A stretch of 64,000 bases of DNA from Botryllus schlosseri (lineage: Eukaryota), in contig CM119378.1 in assembly GCA_051294905.1 (NCBI GenBank), positions 20,460,001 through 20,524,000 on the forward strand, given 5' to 3'. Position numbers and translations under genes: made by a program. Under the pieces are notes generated by a model, which saw only the letters and a program-made list of their open reading frames with translations, did not search any database and had not been told where the DNA came from. Position 1 is the first letter of the stretch. Each line of letters opens with the position of its first letter. Shown here one piece after another: positions 49,343 to 60,885 of this stretch.

Positions 49343-50598
49343 ATTATATCACTGTCGTTTAAATTTGAGGTCCTTTCTGATTTGACATATACATTCAGGC
49401 TAGACCAGCACCCAAAATTATATCATCACTGGGTCAATTTTTTCAGGCTATTGATATTGTTGAAGTCGCCAACACTGAGTTTTGCTACAGTGCCTTGGAT
49501 GGATCGATTCGAGTATCTCATACCCCTATAAGTTCACGGATCTTGCCCATAAATGCAACTTATTAGTGCAACTTTTGTAAAAAATAAGTGCAACTTTCCA
49601 CAAATTTGACTGCAACAAAAACTTGCCCTTTTGATGACTGTTAGCCGAATATATTCGTGTTCATTTCTTTACAAAGATACTATTCAAGTAAAGCGATAGT
49701 TCGATATGGATTATGTTAAAACACGTAACACGCAATAGGCATGTGCAATTTCCCAAAGACGCCGGACGCAAAGCCTTTCGCAAAGCTTCTGGGATAAAGT
49801 AATTGAGCGACTATGTACACACCACATCTTATGCTATATAGTCCTTTGGAAGTTAGTAGTATACCAACTTTGGGAGCTTTCAGAGTGCAGTAGCAGTATA
49901 GGCATCCCGGAATGCCGATAATACATAGGAGTCGATCCCAATATCCAAGCATAAATAAAATACACCCATCTCAATACGACATCAGATGTATCGGAAACCA
50001 CCAAAATGGCATAAAAACTTACTTGTGGCAACTGGAATCCACAGAAGTACGGCTGCAATCCAAACAAAGTAAAACGCATTGGTGGTAACTGTCTTGCAGC
50101 TTTCCATCGTCCGACATCGATAACGCACCCGCTTCGACCGTTTATCAAAAACCGCTACGTTACTCTACAGTATCAAAGTTCATGGTATTTTTGATAACAT
50201 ATTATTCCAATGTCTGTGAATGATTAGAAAAATTATTAGAATCGGGCGATTACGGCATCAAATCCGTAATATTACACTGCGCAGTGTAAAGTTAGCGGGC
50301 AATGTGTATTGCGTTGAGCAGGAAGAATCAATCATTAGGACAATATATAGCCTAGACACCAGCACCTGAGTATGGACTCGCTTATATATATGCGAGTGTG
50401 TATATGTCAAAAATTGTCAACTGCTGGAGCCCAAGTCAGATACCACAGTATCGACGCAATTATCACGGACACGCACATACATCAACATATGTCCGAATCG
50501 GACTCACATAAAGACACTCATCAGAATATTGACAATTATTGTTGTTTAGAATTCTACAATACCGTCCATCGTAAAATACAATGTCGCATGGAGCATAC

Positions 50599-50721
50599 CA
50601 ATTCTTGCCGGTAGCAGGCACGCACTTGATGGACTATAAATAGAAATACAGCGGCCGTGTAATATGTTACCAAAGATATATTTGATTCTCGCGGCAAACC
50701 GCGGTGATGGTAACGTCGCAT
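50599..50721 (-). CDS. tutl: Turtle/IGSF9 first coding segment: signal peptide (exon probably 50599-50781 including 60 nt 5' UTR)
   Basis: aaaatATG at 50721. MRRYHHRGLPRESNISLVTYYTAAVFLFIVHQVRACYRQEL has a basic n-region, hydrophobic h-region and VRA|C cleavage-like site. Donor TTG|gtatgc, phase 0, fits the 38166 acceptor. Strong upstream acceptor ttctcttatttcggcttcccgtcgtcacattttcttcag| at 50782/50781. Confidence 0.65.
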
Positions 50722-51054
50722 ATTTTGAGCGATACCCGGCACAGTCGAATGGATTAATTGGGAAATATCTAGCACAGACGGCTGAAGAAAATGTGACGAC
50801 GGGAAGCCGAAATAAGAGAACTTTGAGTCAATGCCACTTGACACTAACTTCACCTCTACCGATCTCTTCGGGTACGAAGATATTGGCGACACAACCTACC
50901 ACCAAGACATGACTGAATACACTCAACAATATCCATCGATATTAGAGTGAAGATAGCGTGTTGGTGAAGTAGGAATCGGTATTAAATAATTGGAACGTAT
51001 TCGAACGCATATCACTACGAATCACTCAGCGACATATTATAACATAACAGAATT

Positions 51055-51430
51055 GGACAACTAGATGATTCTAGTTGATTACATAGACTAATCAGAGCGA
51101 AATCTAATCCTTATCCAATTTATCAAATTTTCTGTGCTCTAATTTTAATTCTAATCTAATTTCTGGTTTTCTTGATAATACTACAGGAAAACGGAATAGT
51201 GTGAAGCTAGCCCAAGTTGGTGTACATTGCACAAGCATATGTCATTCTCGTGCTTATGGTAACGAACTGGGATTTGCTATGAAGTTAACCCTAATTCAGA
51301 ATGTTCAACTTAATTTATCGTAATTTTTTATTCAAGTTACAAGATTTTGGTAATTTATGAATTCTAAACATAATTTAAATTGCAAACTGTATTGGCATAA
51401 TTATAATTATAATCTAATTTGATAGAGCTG
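51055..51430 (+). repeat. Dispersed repeat with TTCTAA-rich segments
   Basis: Begins 'ggacaactagatgattctagtt'; colinear with 23685-24100. Confidence 0.5.
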
Positions 51431-54339
51431 AAAATTTTAAAATATTCCGACGCGGTACCATAGCGTACACTTGAAACCAGCCAGCTGATTTGCCTGATAT
51501 GCACCTTGCACTACGATGGAAATGTGTGATATAAATGTTTAAATAACAGGATCTCTTTTACAGTACAGGATGCGGTTCGGGATAAACCCACCGTACCTTC
51601 GCGGTGAAGTGGCTGCGCTGAACGCTGCGCAAACAGCCCGTTCACCAAGGATGACGATTGAAGGACTTCGATATTTGTCTTATATCCCTCTCAAAAGACG
51701 CGTGAGGGCAGTGTGAAAGTAAACCGCGGAAGGTATCCAAACACACTTTGTTACATATTAAAGAGCAACGCCACTCGCAACAAGATTAAACTCAACGCAC
51801 GCAGACCTGGAACAGATACATTCCGACATATGAAGTCATTACTCCACATTGCAGAAATGGGTATTGGATTTGATCAAAAATGGATAATTTCGTTCCTAGC
51901 AACGGGTGATACGTTTTGCTATTTTAACTCTCTACAGATTTATCATCACCATGCACTAGTTAGCGTGAAGATATTTGACTTCACAAAAACCATGCAATAT
52001 TGATAGCAATAGCAGTTTGCACAAATTCATCCGAGGGTCGGTGGTACACACGCTGCAGTCATTATAATTAATGTTATGCACGATGATTTAAGCGCTTGAG
52101 CCCGAATTAAGTATTAACTGCAATGAGTCGAGTCGAATGAGTGACTTATTTATTGAGTAGTAAAATTACACGACCCTTGTCACTTGTCAGTACGAGTTAA
52201 CGACAAATTTATATAGTTTCGATACCTTCTTCCATCTGTGAGAAGCAGTGAAACCTAGATCGGTTATTACACCACAGTATATTCAAACCATATACAGAAA
52301 CGACATTTTTGTGAAGCAACATCCTCACAAAACGCAATGAAATAGCTATAGTCGAAACATATTCAATTGGATTCTTTTTTTTTGTGATAGCCACATGGTA
52401 CAACTTTCAAACCATTTATAGTCTTGGTAAAAGTGATAATCGAACATTAGAATGGACTCCAAATTAAGGGCCATCCCACTAATTAAATAACTCCGGAGCT
52501 TCGTATTGAAATTACGTTATGCACGCTTTCATGGGATATATCATAGTAGATAGACGACGGCAAGAATTGACATTAAAACAAAAGACATACATTGCAGTTC
52601 TAGGATAGTTATGAAGAGAAAGTTATGGCACCACAACGCATCCGTACTACACACTCGTCTGCACCGCCTTTTCTACTGCACGTTCATTGCGAAATGGTAT
52701 ACTCTATCGGTTACCGAGGCAATTTATTTTGAAGCTATACTTGAGTTTTTTCGCGACCCGAGACATGCTGCCAAGGACAGCTAATCATCTCATTACCACG
52801 GCTAATCACGGAGCACCGATGCTCGTGGGAATTTTCATCAGTGCGTTCGGGGTTGATTGCACAAATGCACATGGCACTTGACAAGGTGTATAGGTGGCGA
52901 TTTCTACACGGATGAAAAAAGAATTATTTTTGGTAATTACGAATGGTCAGCGCGGTCGTGTCCTTGAACTATGATCTAACTCGATCGCCGAACTTTGTCT
53001 TTGATCACGACAATTGATCGCGCCCTCGAAACGCTATTTATCGGTCCGCCGTGCTTCGAAGCGCGGTTGCAAATAACAGCTGATAAAATTTCGGTGTATG
53101 GACTTATGTGGGTGACGGTTTAACAATCGACTTTTGTCTGGGAACGACGTACGAACATGCCATATACCTGGCCATATACGCGTGTGAAGAGTCCATTTTT
53201 AAAACATAATTGCGATCGCCATTGGATACTGAAACTTGAATACTAAATTTCAAACGTACTACCAACATTCAGATAGAAACAATGGCGATATGAGGAAAGC
53301 ATTGCCGATGATTCTGATATGTTACCGGTGTCGTGTCCTATCATAATCGTACGCTTTTATAAAGAGGAGGTCATGACGTGATAACTATTAACTAACCACC
53401 AATGAGTTCTTCTATTATTCCGGTTTCCTGGGAAAAAGAGCTTGCTTTCTATACGCTTTCGATTTGGAAAAGTAGATTCGGAAAAGGTTTGCATCAAGCA
53501 CGAAAATTGTTATGGAAGCACCACGCATAATCCCCTGCTGTACACGGAAACTAAATATATATTCGGGGGCTTCACATATTTTGTGGCATCTCAAGTCTCG
53601 AAGATAGCCTACATCAGGGGTGTCAAACATACGGCCAGACCATTCCATCCGTATGGCATGCATTATCCTCACTGCAAATTCATTTTAATTGCCAATAACC
53701 TATACTGATACAAACATCTTGCTCTTTCGTGACGTTTTGTTGGTGTTTGTGGAAAATATCAAAATATGGAGATATAGTAAGATCAATCAGGGTGACTTCG
53801 TAGTCAGTGTCACCAAATTAGTTGAGTGGTTTGAAATAAAAACTGCTGAAGCATGTTTCCTAATTTTTTCCAATGGAGGGATTGAAACCTCGCCACGAAG
53901 TCCATTCTATCATGTGATATACATAACCGCGATGAGATGCTAGATAAAAATGACTATAGACTGGACGTGATATGTTCATTAAAATATCTTTTTTTCATTA
54001 TGGGGCCATAAATGTTGCGATCACACCAAAAGTGCCCTCAGAAAAGTTACGCGTTAATATGACATCAACCTCCATATATCTTTGTGGAAAGAGATTTCCG
54101 GCATTCGTTCATATCAAATCGAAGACGCTGATATTTAGGACCACGTAGGCGTACTTCAAGAAATACAGCTGCAGAGTTAGCTTTGAACTAATAAAATTCT
54201 ACTCAATTTCTACATAAATAGTACGATGTTGTTATCAAGAAAAGTCATTTTGTTGCTGTTTATCACAAGCCTACATTTCATATTTGCACAAGACAGATGA
54301 AAGTGGCACTATATTAAGTTAAAGTTGAACAACTAAAAC

Positions 54340-54410
54340 TTGAGGGGGTCTGCGAGGGTCCGTGGCAGTCAAAAGGGGTTCGCGAAGCCAAAAAGGGTGA
54401 GAACCACTGT
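54340..54410. mobile_element. hAT/Charlie-like right terminus
   Basis: 'ggggttcgcgaagccaaaaagggtgagaaccactg' is the reverse of a CAGTGGTTCTCA TIR; similar ends at 12911, 35640-35655 and 40165-40183. Confidence 0.5.
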
Positions 54411-57400
54411 TCTATATAGTCAGTCAGGAAAGACAAAGCCTACTCTTTTCGCTATACATGCATATAAGTTCAGATTCACAAACCATCAGTACTTTGGAAA
54501 TAGCAATGCGATCCTGTGGACATTGGAAAGGAAAAAAACGCAGACACCAATTTTGGCCTCACAGCATATAGATCAGTGATTGCCAACCTGGGTTGCAATG
54601 AGGTGCTTGTTCATGAGAAATTTACTGACATATAAATGACAATAATACATTGACTTCATCTCTATCGTATAGTTCGTAGGCAGCTATTAGTAGATGATGT
54701 ATGCGAAAGACAGCAATATAGTCATTGGATGAATTGTTATATATCGTTGTTACCGTATTTTATAAAGTATGAACTCCCCTTTCGCGGTTATTGAAGCTAC
54801 AATATTGAGTTTGCTGATGCGTTTACATACATGTAAATACTTTGAATTTCAATGATATTGATTGGAATATTCAGATGTGCGGAGCTAGTGTCCATTGAGT
54901 TCAAAAGGTTAGGAACACAGATATAGGTCCACTGGTTAATGGCTACCGAAGTCACACATCTAAAAACAAAGTGTCCCTCAATACGGCTTAGCGGTGTATG
55001 TATACAGCATGTTACGCTTGAAAGATCTCACCGTACGAAATAATATTGTCTTTATAATCTCTTTCTAAATAAAAACGTACTCGACAAAAAATCCTATTAT
55101 TAAAATCACCCATTCAAAGTTGGCATGTTTCAGTGACAATCAAGTGCGCAGAGGCAACGCACCTACAAAATAAATCAAACTCTCGCGCCAGGTCGTTACG
55201 GGTGATATATGTTCGACAATCGCCAGCAAAAACATTGTTCAAATGTTGACTCGCCTGCCGAACGTCAATAGCGCTGGCCGCCGAACCGTAAATCTTCCTA
55301 ACGGGATCGTGATATCGTTCAATAAAATCAACCGTCAAAAATAATCCTAGATTGTGTTGCTGTAAAATAACGCGCGTACGCGTAGGCGACTGTAAAAACA
55401 CGGCTCCTTTAAATATCACGAGAAAAATGATATATCTCAATGAGGACCGTGTACGCGACAGAGATACCAGGATCGTCTTTTAATGGGATTCGAATCCAAC
55501 GCTGTTATATTAAATGGAATTTTGATCCAATATACGAATCCTGTTGTCGTCTTCAACCTGATTGATCCAAAAATCAAGCTCAGGGCTGAGCTGTAAGCAT
55601 TAATTGCCCATGTAGTTCATATTTATTTTGATTATTACTCCTCAATGCAATTAAGTAGCGTTACCATACGCCCTCCTTTAGGAGAATTTGTCCTCCCTTT
55701 ACAGTAGGCTATATCGCTATCCTTTCAAGATTTAACAAATTACCCGTTTTTTTTTCGTCCGATACTATAAATTTTGTGATTTGTAAAAATGTTCTTACTT
55801 CCTGATCTCAAAATACGGTACCCGTACCTACATCAAGTATGCTATTAAGAATTCTTAGAAATTGTGAAACCACGGCTGTCCAAGTTAATACATAACCTCA
55901 AAGTAAACGAACATCAAATCACTTTCATGGACTTGAAATTTTCCGGATTCTTGCCCGGTTATAATCCAAAATTCTGATCCTACACATCTCTAGTACATGC
56001 GTAAAAATTACCCAGCTCACGCTTTACAACCGGTCAAACATGGTGATGCAATACACGAAAGGGGTGCGATAATGCTGGTAATTGATAACGGGAAAATATA
56101 ACGCGCTATTGGTTCCATAGTCGCAGCTACGCGTCCATTAGCGACCGAGGGTAACCAGAACGAAATGTACAAGAGGCCAGAAATGCTTGTGGTTGAAATG
56201 AATTTTGGCAGCAATTGAAACATTGCAATTCCGTTGCGGTCGATAACGACCGGTATACGCGTCTTGAAAGTGTGGGCACGCGTAGATCAATAGCAATAAA
56301 TGCGTTTTCTGGATAAACTGATTCGGAATAAAGTATACATCGCAATAAATTACACATGTCTTAGCATATCAAAGACAAAAATAACTTGCAAGATGATCAT
56401 TCTCTGCATACTATATATTCCATTTCTTGTACGCGAAATAACAGGTATGCAAGTTACAATTCTGTCTCGCGTAATATGCTTGCGTCCATTACGCGTGAGA
56501 AGATACACAATTGTACATTAAAGTGAACTATAGCCTACGATTTCAGTGCCATTATAACTGCACGAGTCGGTGAGAATTGTCGAAATATTGCAAATTTTTA
56601 TAACGGGCACGTCGCATATATGGGATCATAAATCCTACAAGCAAACTGCCCACTGACTTTTGCAATGATGGAGAGGTATATCCCGATAGAAAGTTACAAT
56701 TTACGCAGCAGGCGTGAGGTACCCGCAATTCAGGTTAACTGAGCAATCAACAATACGGTCAAGAGTGTTTTATTTACTCTTGACAAACAGTTCGAATATA
56801 CGGTCCGAACGGAGGATTCTATACTATCGTCAGCTTGTAAATTTACCGCCCTAAATCTCATAAACTATAAAACGCTACTAGAGAAGTATTAACGAACGCA
56901 GAACGTACTAGGTACCATCACTATAGCTATATATAAACTAAGGCTATTGCATTGATCATATTACTGCAATTTTACAGCGTATTGCGTGCAATGGACGGTC
57001 CACTGCATCAAATTCAATTAACCGGTGATGAAATCTCGTGAAGTTACACAACTATACATACTTATGACTTCCTACTGTCAAGATATACATTAACTAATGA
57101 TAATGTGAAATCCCTACCGCAAATGCCACTGCGACTCTGCCATTGCATTACGCAAGATATGTTAATGCCGGATTATCCTGCTTTAAAGCAGTACGTTTGT
57201 GTATTACGGCAACGAATCCGGACGTAATACAGTATATAGAGCAGTCAACAGTCTTATACTTTGCCAGCCGTAATAGTCATGATATAAGAGCAAGCATACC
57301 CCCATAATAGATTCCTCTCATACACAGAAATTCACTATAATGCAGGATTTACATGATCGTATCTGCCTGGTCGTTGATGATTCAAAAAACTATCACGTCC

Positions 57401-59832
57401 AATACCGCCACATCGTCTATCAGCAACACCTTTGACGGCAGTTGATGGCATTCGATGGTGAGTTGTAAAGAATTCATCCTGCATGCGCATCTCCACGTAT
57501 TTAATATAATATAGTTTCCTGGTATTATGTGTGTACTAGCGTATCGTCGAATTATACCTGGATAGGTGCTGCCTCTGATAGACGTCAATTAATTTGCGAA
57601 AAATTGAGAAGATTAACCCCTGACTTTTATAATTACCCTACTGTCGTATACAAACGCTCGCTCCCTGTAATGCGTAAATAATCTACGTTAATGATTTACC
57701 CAGGGTATATTGTCATATATCGTATGAATCACAAGGGTCGGCGGATCCAATGATACATACATACGCTGGATAATTTATGATATATCCACGCAAGGTATAC
57801 TTAAAAACGACACGCTGCTGTTGTATCTGCCCTAGAATTACAGTCGTAGACGCGCAAGGGCGACGCAGTCGTGACTCTCCGCTCAATCTGGCTTGCTTTC
57901 TCTCATCAACTTCAACGGTAGCGATTCATTTGATAATGCACATTCTACATATCTCTTATCCTCACGTCAATATTCAACGGTATTGATTGTATGACGCACT
58001 TGAACTTATGGCGCATTCATTAGACGTATGAAGATCATGGAATTTAGCCAGGCACGCTCGTCAATCACACAAATTACTTATTTACATTCATATCGCATCG
58101 AAAAATGCAACAGTTCTATATCAGTTACTCCACTAATCTATAAATTAAAGTAATCGGCGGGTGTATTATACGTAGGAAGATAATGAAATTGAACCTCCGC
58201 AGACTTGTTAAACACACAATTCTCTGCGTTGCATTCATATCGCATCACAGCAACAGTATGCTATCCATTGGTCCAATAACAATCTATAAATTAAAGTAAC
58301 CACAACTCCCATGATTCGCAGAAGTTTGCTGTCGCGCGAACGACAAGTCCATAGCGCAATATTACATCTCAACCAAGGCCCCTTTCACTTCGCGTTAGTC
58401 GCATTGACCGATGAGTTCCAGTCATTGTGACGCGATTCCGTTTACCTTCTGTACCTTCCGTTTGTTTTATGCCCCTTTCAAGCTCAGATACGCAACGAAT
58501 CTCAATATTTTGTCATCTGAAAGTCAACAAAGCCTGACTCACAGCCGTCTCGAGTCAAGAACTGGAAGAATACCCGATCCAGTAGCTGGCATAATACATT
58601 GACTCATGCAATCTTAGTGTTGATAACAATAGACAAGGTAAATTCGAGACTTTAGCTACTAAAGATGACTTGACTTATCGAATCTGTCGCTGCCCTTTGA
58701 CATCTTTTCACATCCAATCTCCGAATGCAAACATCAAGTCAAAACGATTACCAACTGCTACTAACCCTACAGTACTGTCTGCATGCTTACAGTAATCTAA
58801 TGTTTGGCTGTCACATGCGCTTTTCCCAAATCGTGGACATATTCGGAAGAACAACCGCGAAGTGAACCCTATTTCTGATGGCCATACCAGTATTTTCGGA
58901 ACCCTTGCCAAGTGGAAATTGCCGTGGGTTATTTCTGGAGTATAGGGTCGTTGTAGGATGGTAACTGTGGTCTCGAGTTTAGAACGCAAAATCGATAAGA
59001 AACATTGACATCGTCGATAGAAATTTGACGAGACTATACAGTCCTGGCGAGAAATTCGATGGTTTTTGTCGGATAAGATTACGAAACGTACGAGGTAGAC
59101 CCAGATTTCGACTCCGCAGATATGCTGAATTAATCCGATCCGATAATGTGTAACTATCATTTTAAACGACTTGTATGATATTCATATATCTGCCAGTTTC
59201 AATGTAAAATTCCCGACAATGACACGTATCAAATAACTTTTTCACTCTCTACCTCATAGTACATACTTATACAATAACTGCAGCGGGATCATCATATACT
59301 AGCAAACTCGTGTCACTTTAGTAGCAATTTCACAGTGGCACATATAAACAATTCTACGCCACTGTATCATTTTACTCCAGAATTTCCGCAACTGTTTTTA
59401 AACGCAGTAAGCCCATGTGCAGTATTGCCTATTTGGTCATTGCACGTCCAATAATGAATCCACAACTGATCTTGATATATCTGCTCCTTAAAATAACTTT
59501 CACCTTGAAAATGACAAACGTCATCACCCTTACCCAATACATTACAGGAACAGCTCCATGTGATTAGCGCTTGGACGAAAGTATCTCGTACGTTTACAAG
59601 AGTTAATTGCAGAGATCGAGATTGACTGTCAAATTATATCTTCTATAACCATCCCATTATGCACGGAGTGTGAGCGGCAATTTACGATAAACCAGAATAA
59701 CTAACAAGATCATTAGGCAGTAATCAATTATAGGCATTTCTTAAGCGCCTTATAGGCGCGGTTCATTTGGAAGTCCGATGGGAAAAGCAATGCGCGAGAT
59801 TGCGTTGGTAAAGGCGAAGAGTGAAGTTGCAA

Positions 59833-59848
59833 CAGCGCCACCGCATGG
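59833..59848 (-). promoter_or_regulatory. Putative CTCF-binding motif (weaker)
   Basis: Reverse complement CCATGCGGTGGCGCTG matches the 3' half of the CTCF consensus, with mismatches in the 5' half. Confidence 0.25.
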
Positions 59849-60730
59849 GTATTGGGTATTGACCGATTTTGTTCACCTATCAAGTCTTATTGATACATAG
59901 CTTACTTATAATTCCTCATTGCTTCGGCTGTTGGGTCAAGATATTGGAAAGTTGACTGGGACAGCCACTCTAGGTAGGGTATGAAGTCACTGGTTACCCG
60001 ATACTGTCTAAACCTGGTACTTTAACCATAAACTGTCTCTTGTAGCCTGCTTATGACCATGTAACTTGATTCTCAGAGTGTCCAGTTACACTAGAACTGA
60101 TTTTGCATTCACCACGCTTCAGCTGAGCTAAACATCGTAATATACATAACATACTCTCCCATCTGCAAGTTTTACTCAATACTGGGAGGGGGTAAGGTAA
60201 AGCCACTACGTCATAGAACTCATGTATCAAAGATAATAGGTAAAACACATCTCCATGCCACTTCTACAATCCTACACGAGACAGATGAGTCCCAGGCTTC
60301 GAGGCAGCAATACTGGCTTAGGCTTCAAAGTTACTGGTTATATCGAATGTATACCATATTACTCATTCACCCTTTCTGTACAAGTAGTAACAGCAACACT
60401 GCTACTTCGAGAAGAGTAAGATATGAGACTCCATCGACACTCTTGCCCGCTACCTTACACGATAGTTGGTGGCAGGGATTTCATGTTGATTCCCCAATAA
60501 TGACACATCCAATAACCAGGTAGTGTAATCTTCACAGTTCCTCCACACTATACATGGGCAGACGACACGTAGCGACAGGAAAGTTTTTGCTTATAACAGA
60601 GTCTCTATCTTCCAGACTTTACCAAAGTGTCAACCGCGTGGAGATAAGACTTTAATCTGAGGATTGTCCAACTGAGAAAATCTCACGGAGATGTCGGGGT
60701 TGCTGTTTCATGTCGCGGTAGACGCGTCAC

Positions 60731-60746
60731 ATGACGTCACTTCCGC
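60731..60746. promoter_or_regulatory. Overlapping ETS-CRE composite promoter element
   Basis: ATGACGTCACTTCCGC = reverse complement GCGGAAGTGACGTCAT, matching the ETS-CRE (GABP/CREB) motif CGGAAGTGACGTCA of proximal promoters. CpG-rich context; TATAAA at 60794-60799. Confidence 0.65.
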
Positions 60747-60819
60747 AAGACTCTATGTCACTGGCGAGATACTCGTCACGTCGCGAACTGCGATATAAAT
60801 CTTCAAGAACATTCGTAAC

Positions 60820-60885
60820 TGATGTTTGTTAAAATCTGTCTGTCCCAAAGCAGAGAGCGATGAGCGAAACTTAGGCAAATTCCAG
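60820..60885 (+). other. Candidate non-coding first exon of a plus-strand transcript
   Basis: Lies ~25-30 nt after TATAAA (60794) and ends at donor CAG|gtatga (60885/60886). Contains only short ATG-stop uORFs. No downstream coding exon recognised in the window. Confidence 0.4.

Larger units (their letters stand above)
1..50721 (-). other. tutl: Turtle/IGSF9-family Ig-superfamily adhesion receptor gene (coding span; 3' part continues beyond position 1)
   Basis: 12 GT-AG exons join in one open frame (2288 nt) encoding signal peptide + 5 Ig + 2 FN3, the Turtle/IGSF9/Dasm1 architecture. Family-like motifs: Ig1 'DDGWYNCKV...NGTWVQL', Ig4 start 'FPARV', Ig4 end 'YSCEPYNSLGTQG', FN3-1 'WQPGYDGG'. 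Family assignment is from recalled motifs, not a database search. Confidence 0.85.

Noticed and set aside
58708-59160. Longest ORF in the track (150 aa, minus strand)
   Set aside because: No recognisable domain or splice signals, and the composition looks like translated non-coding DNA. A BLASTp hit would overturn this.
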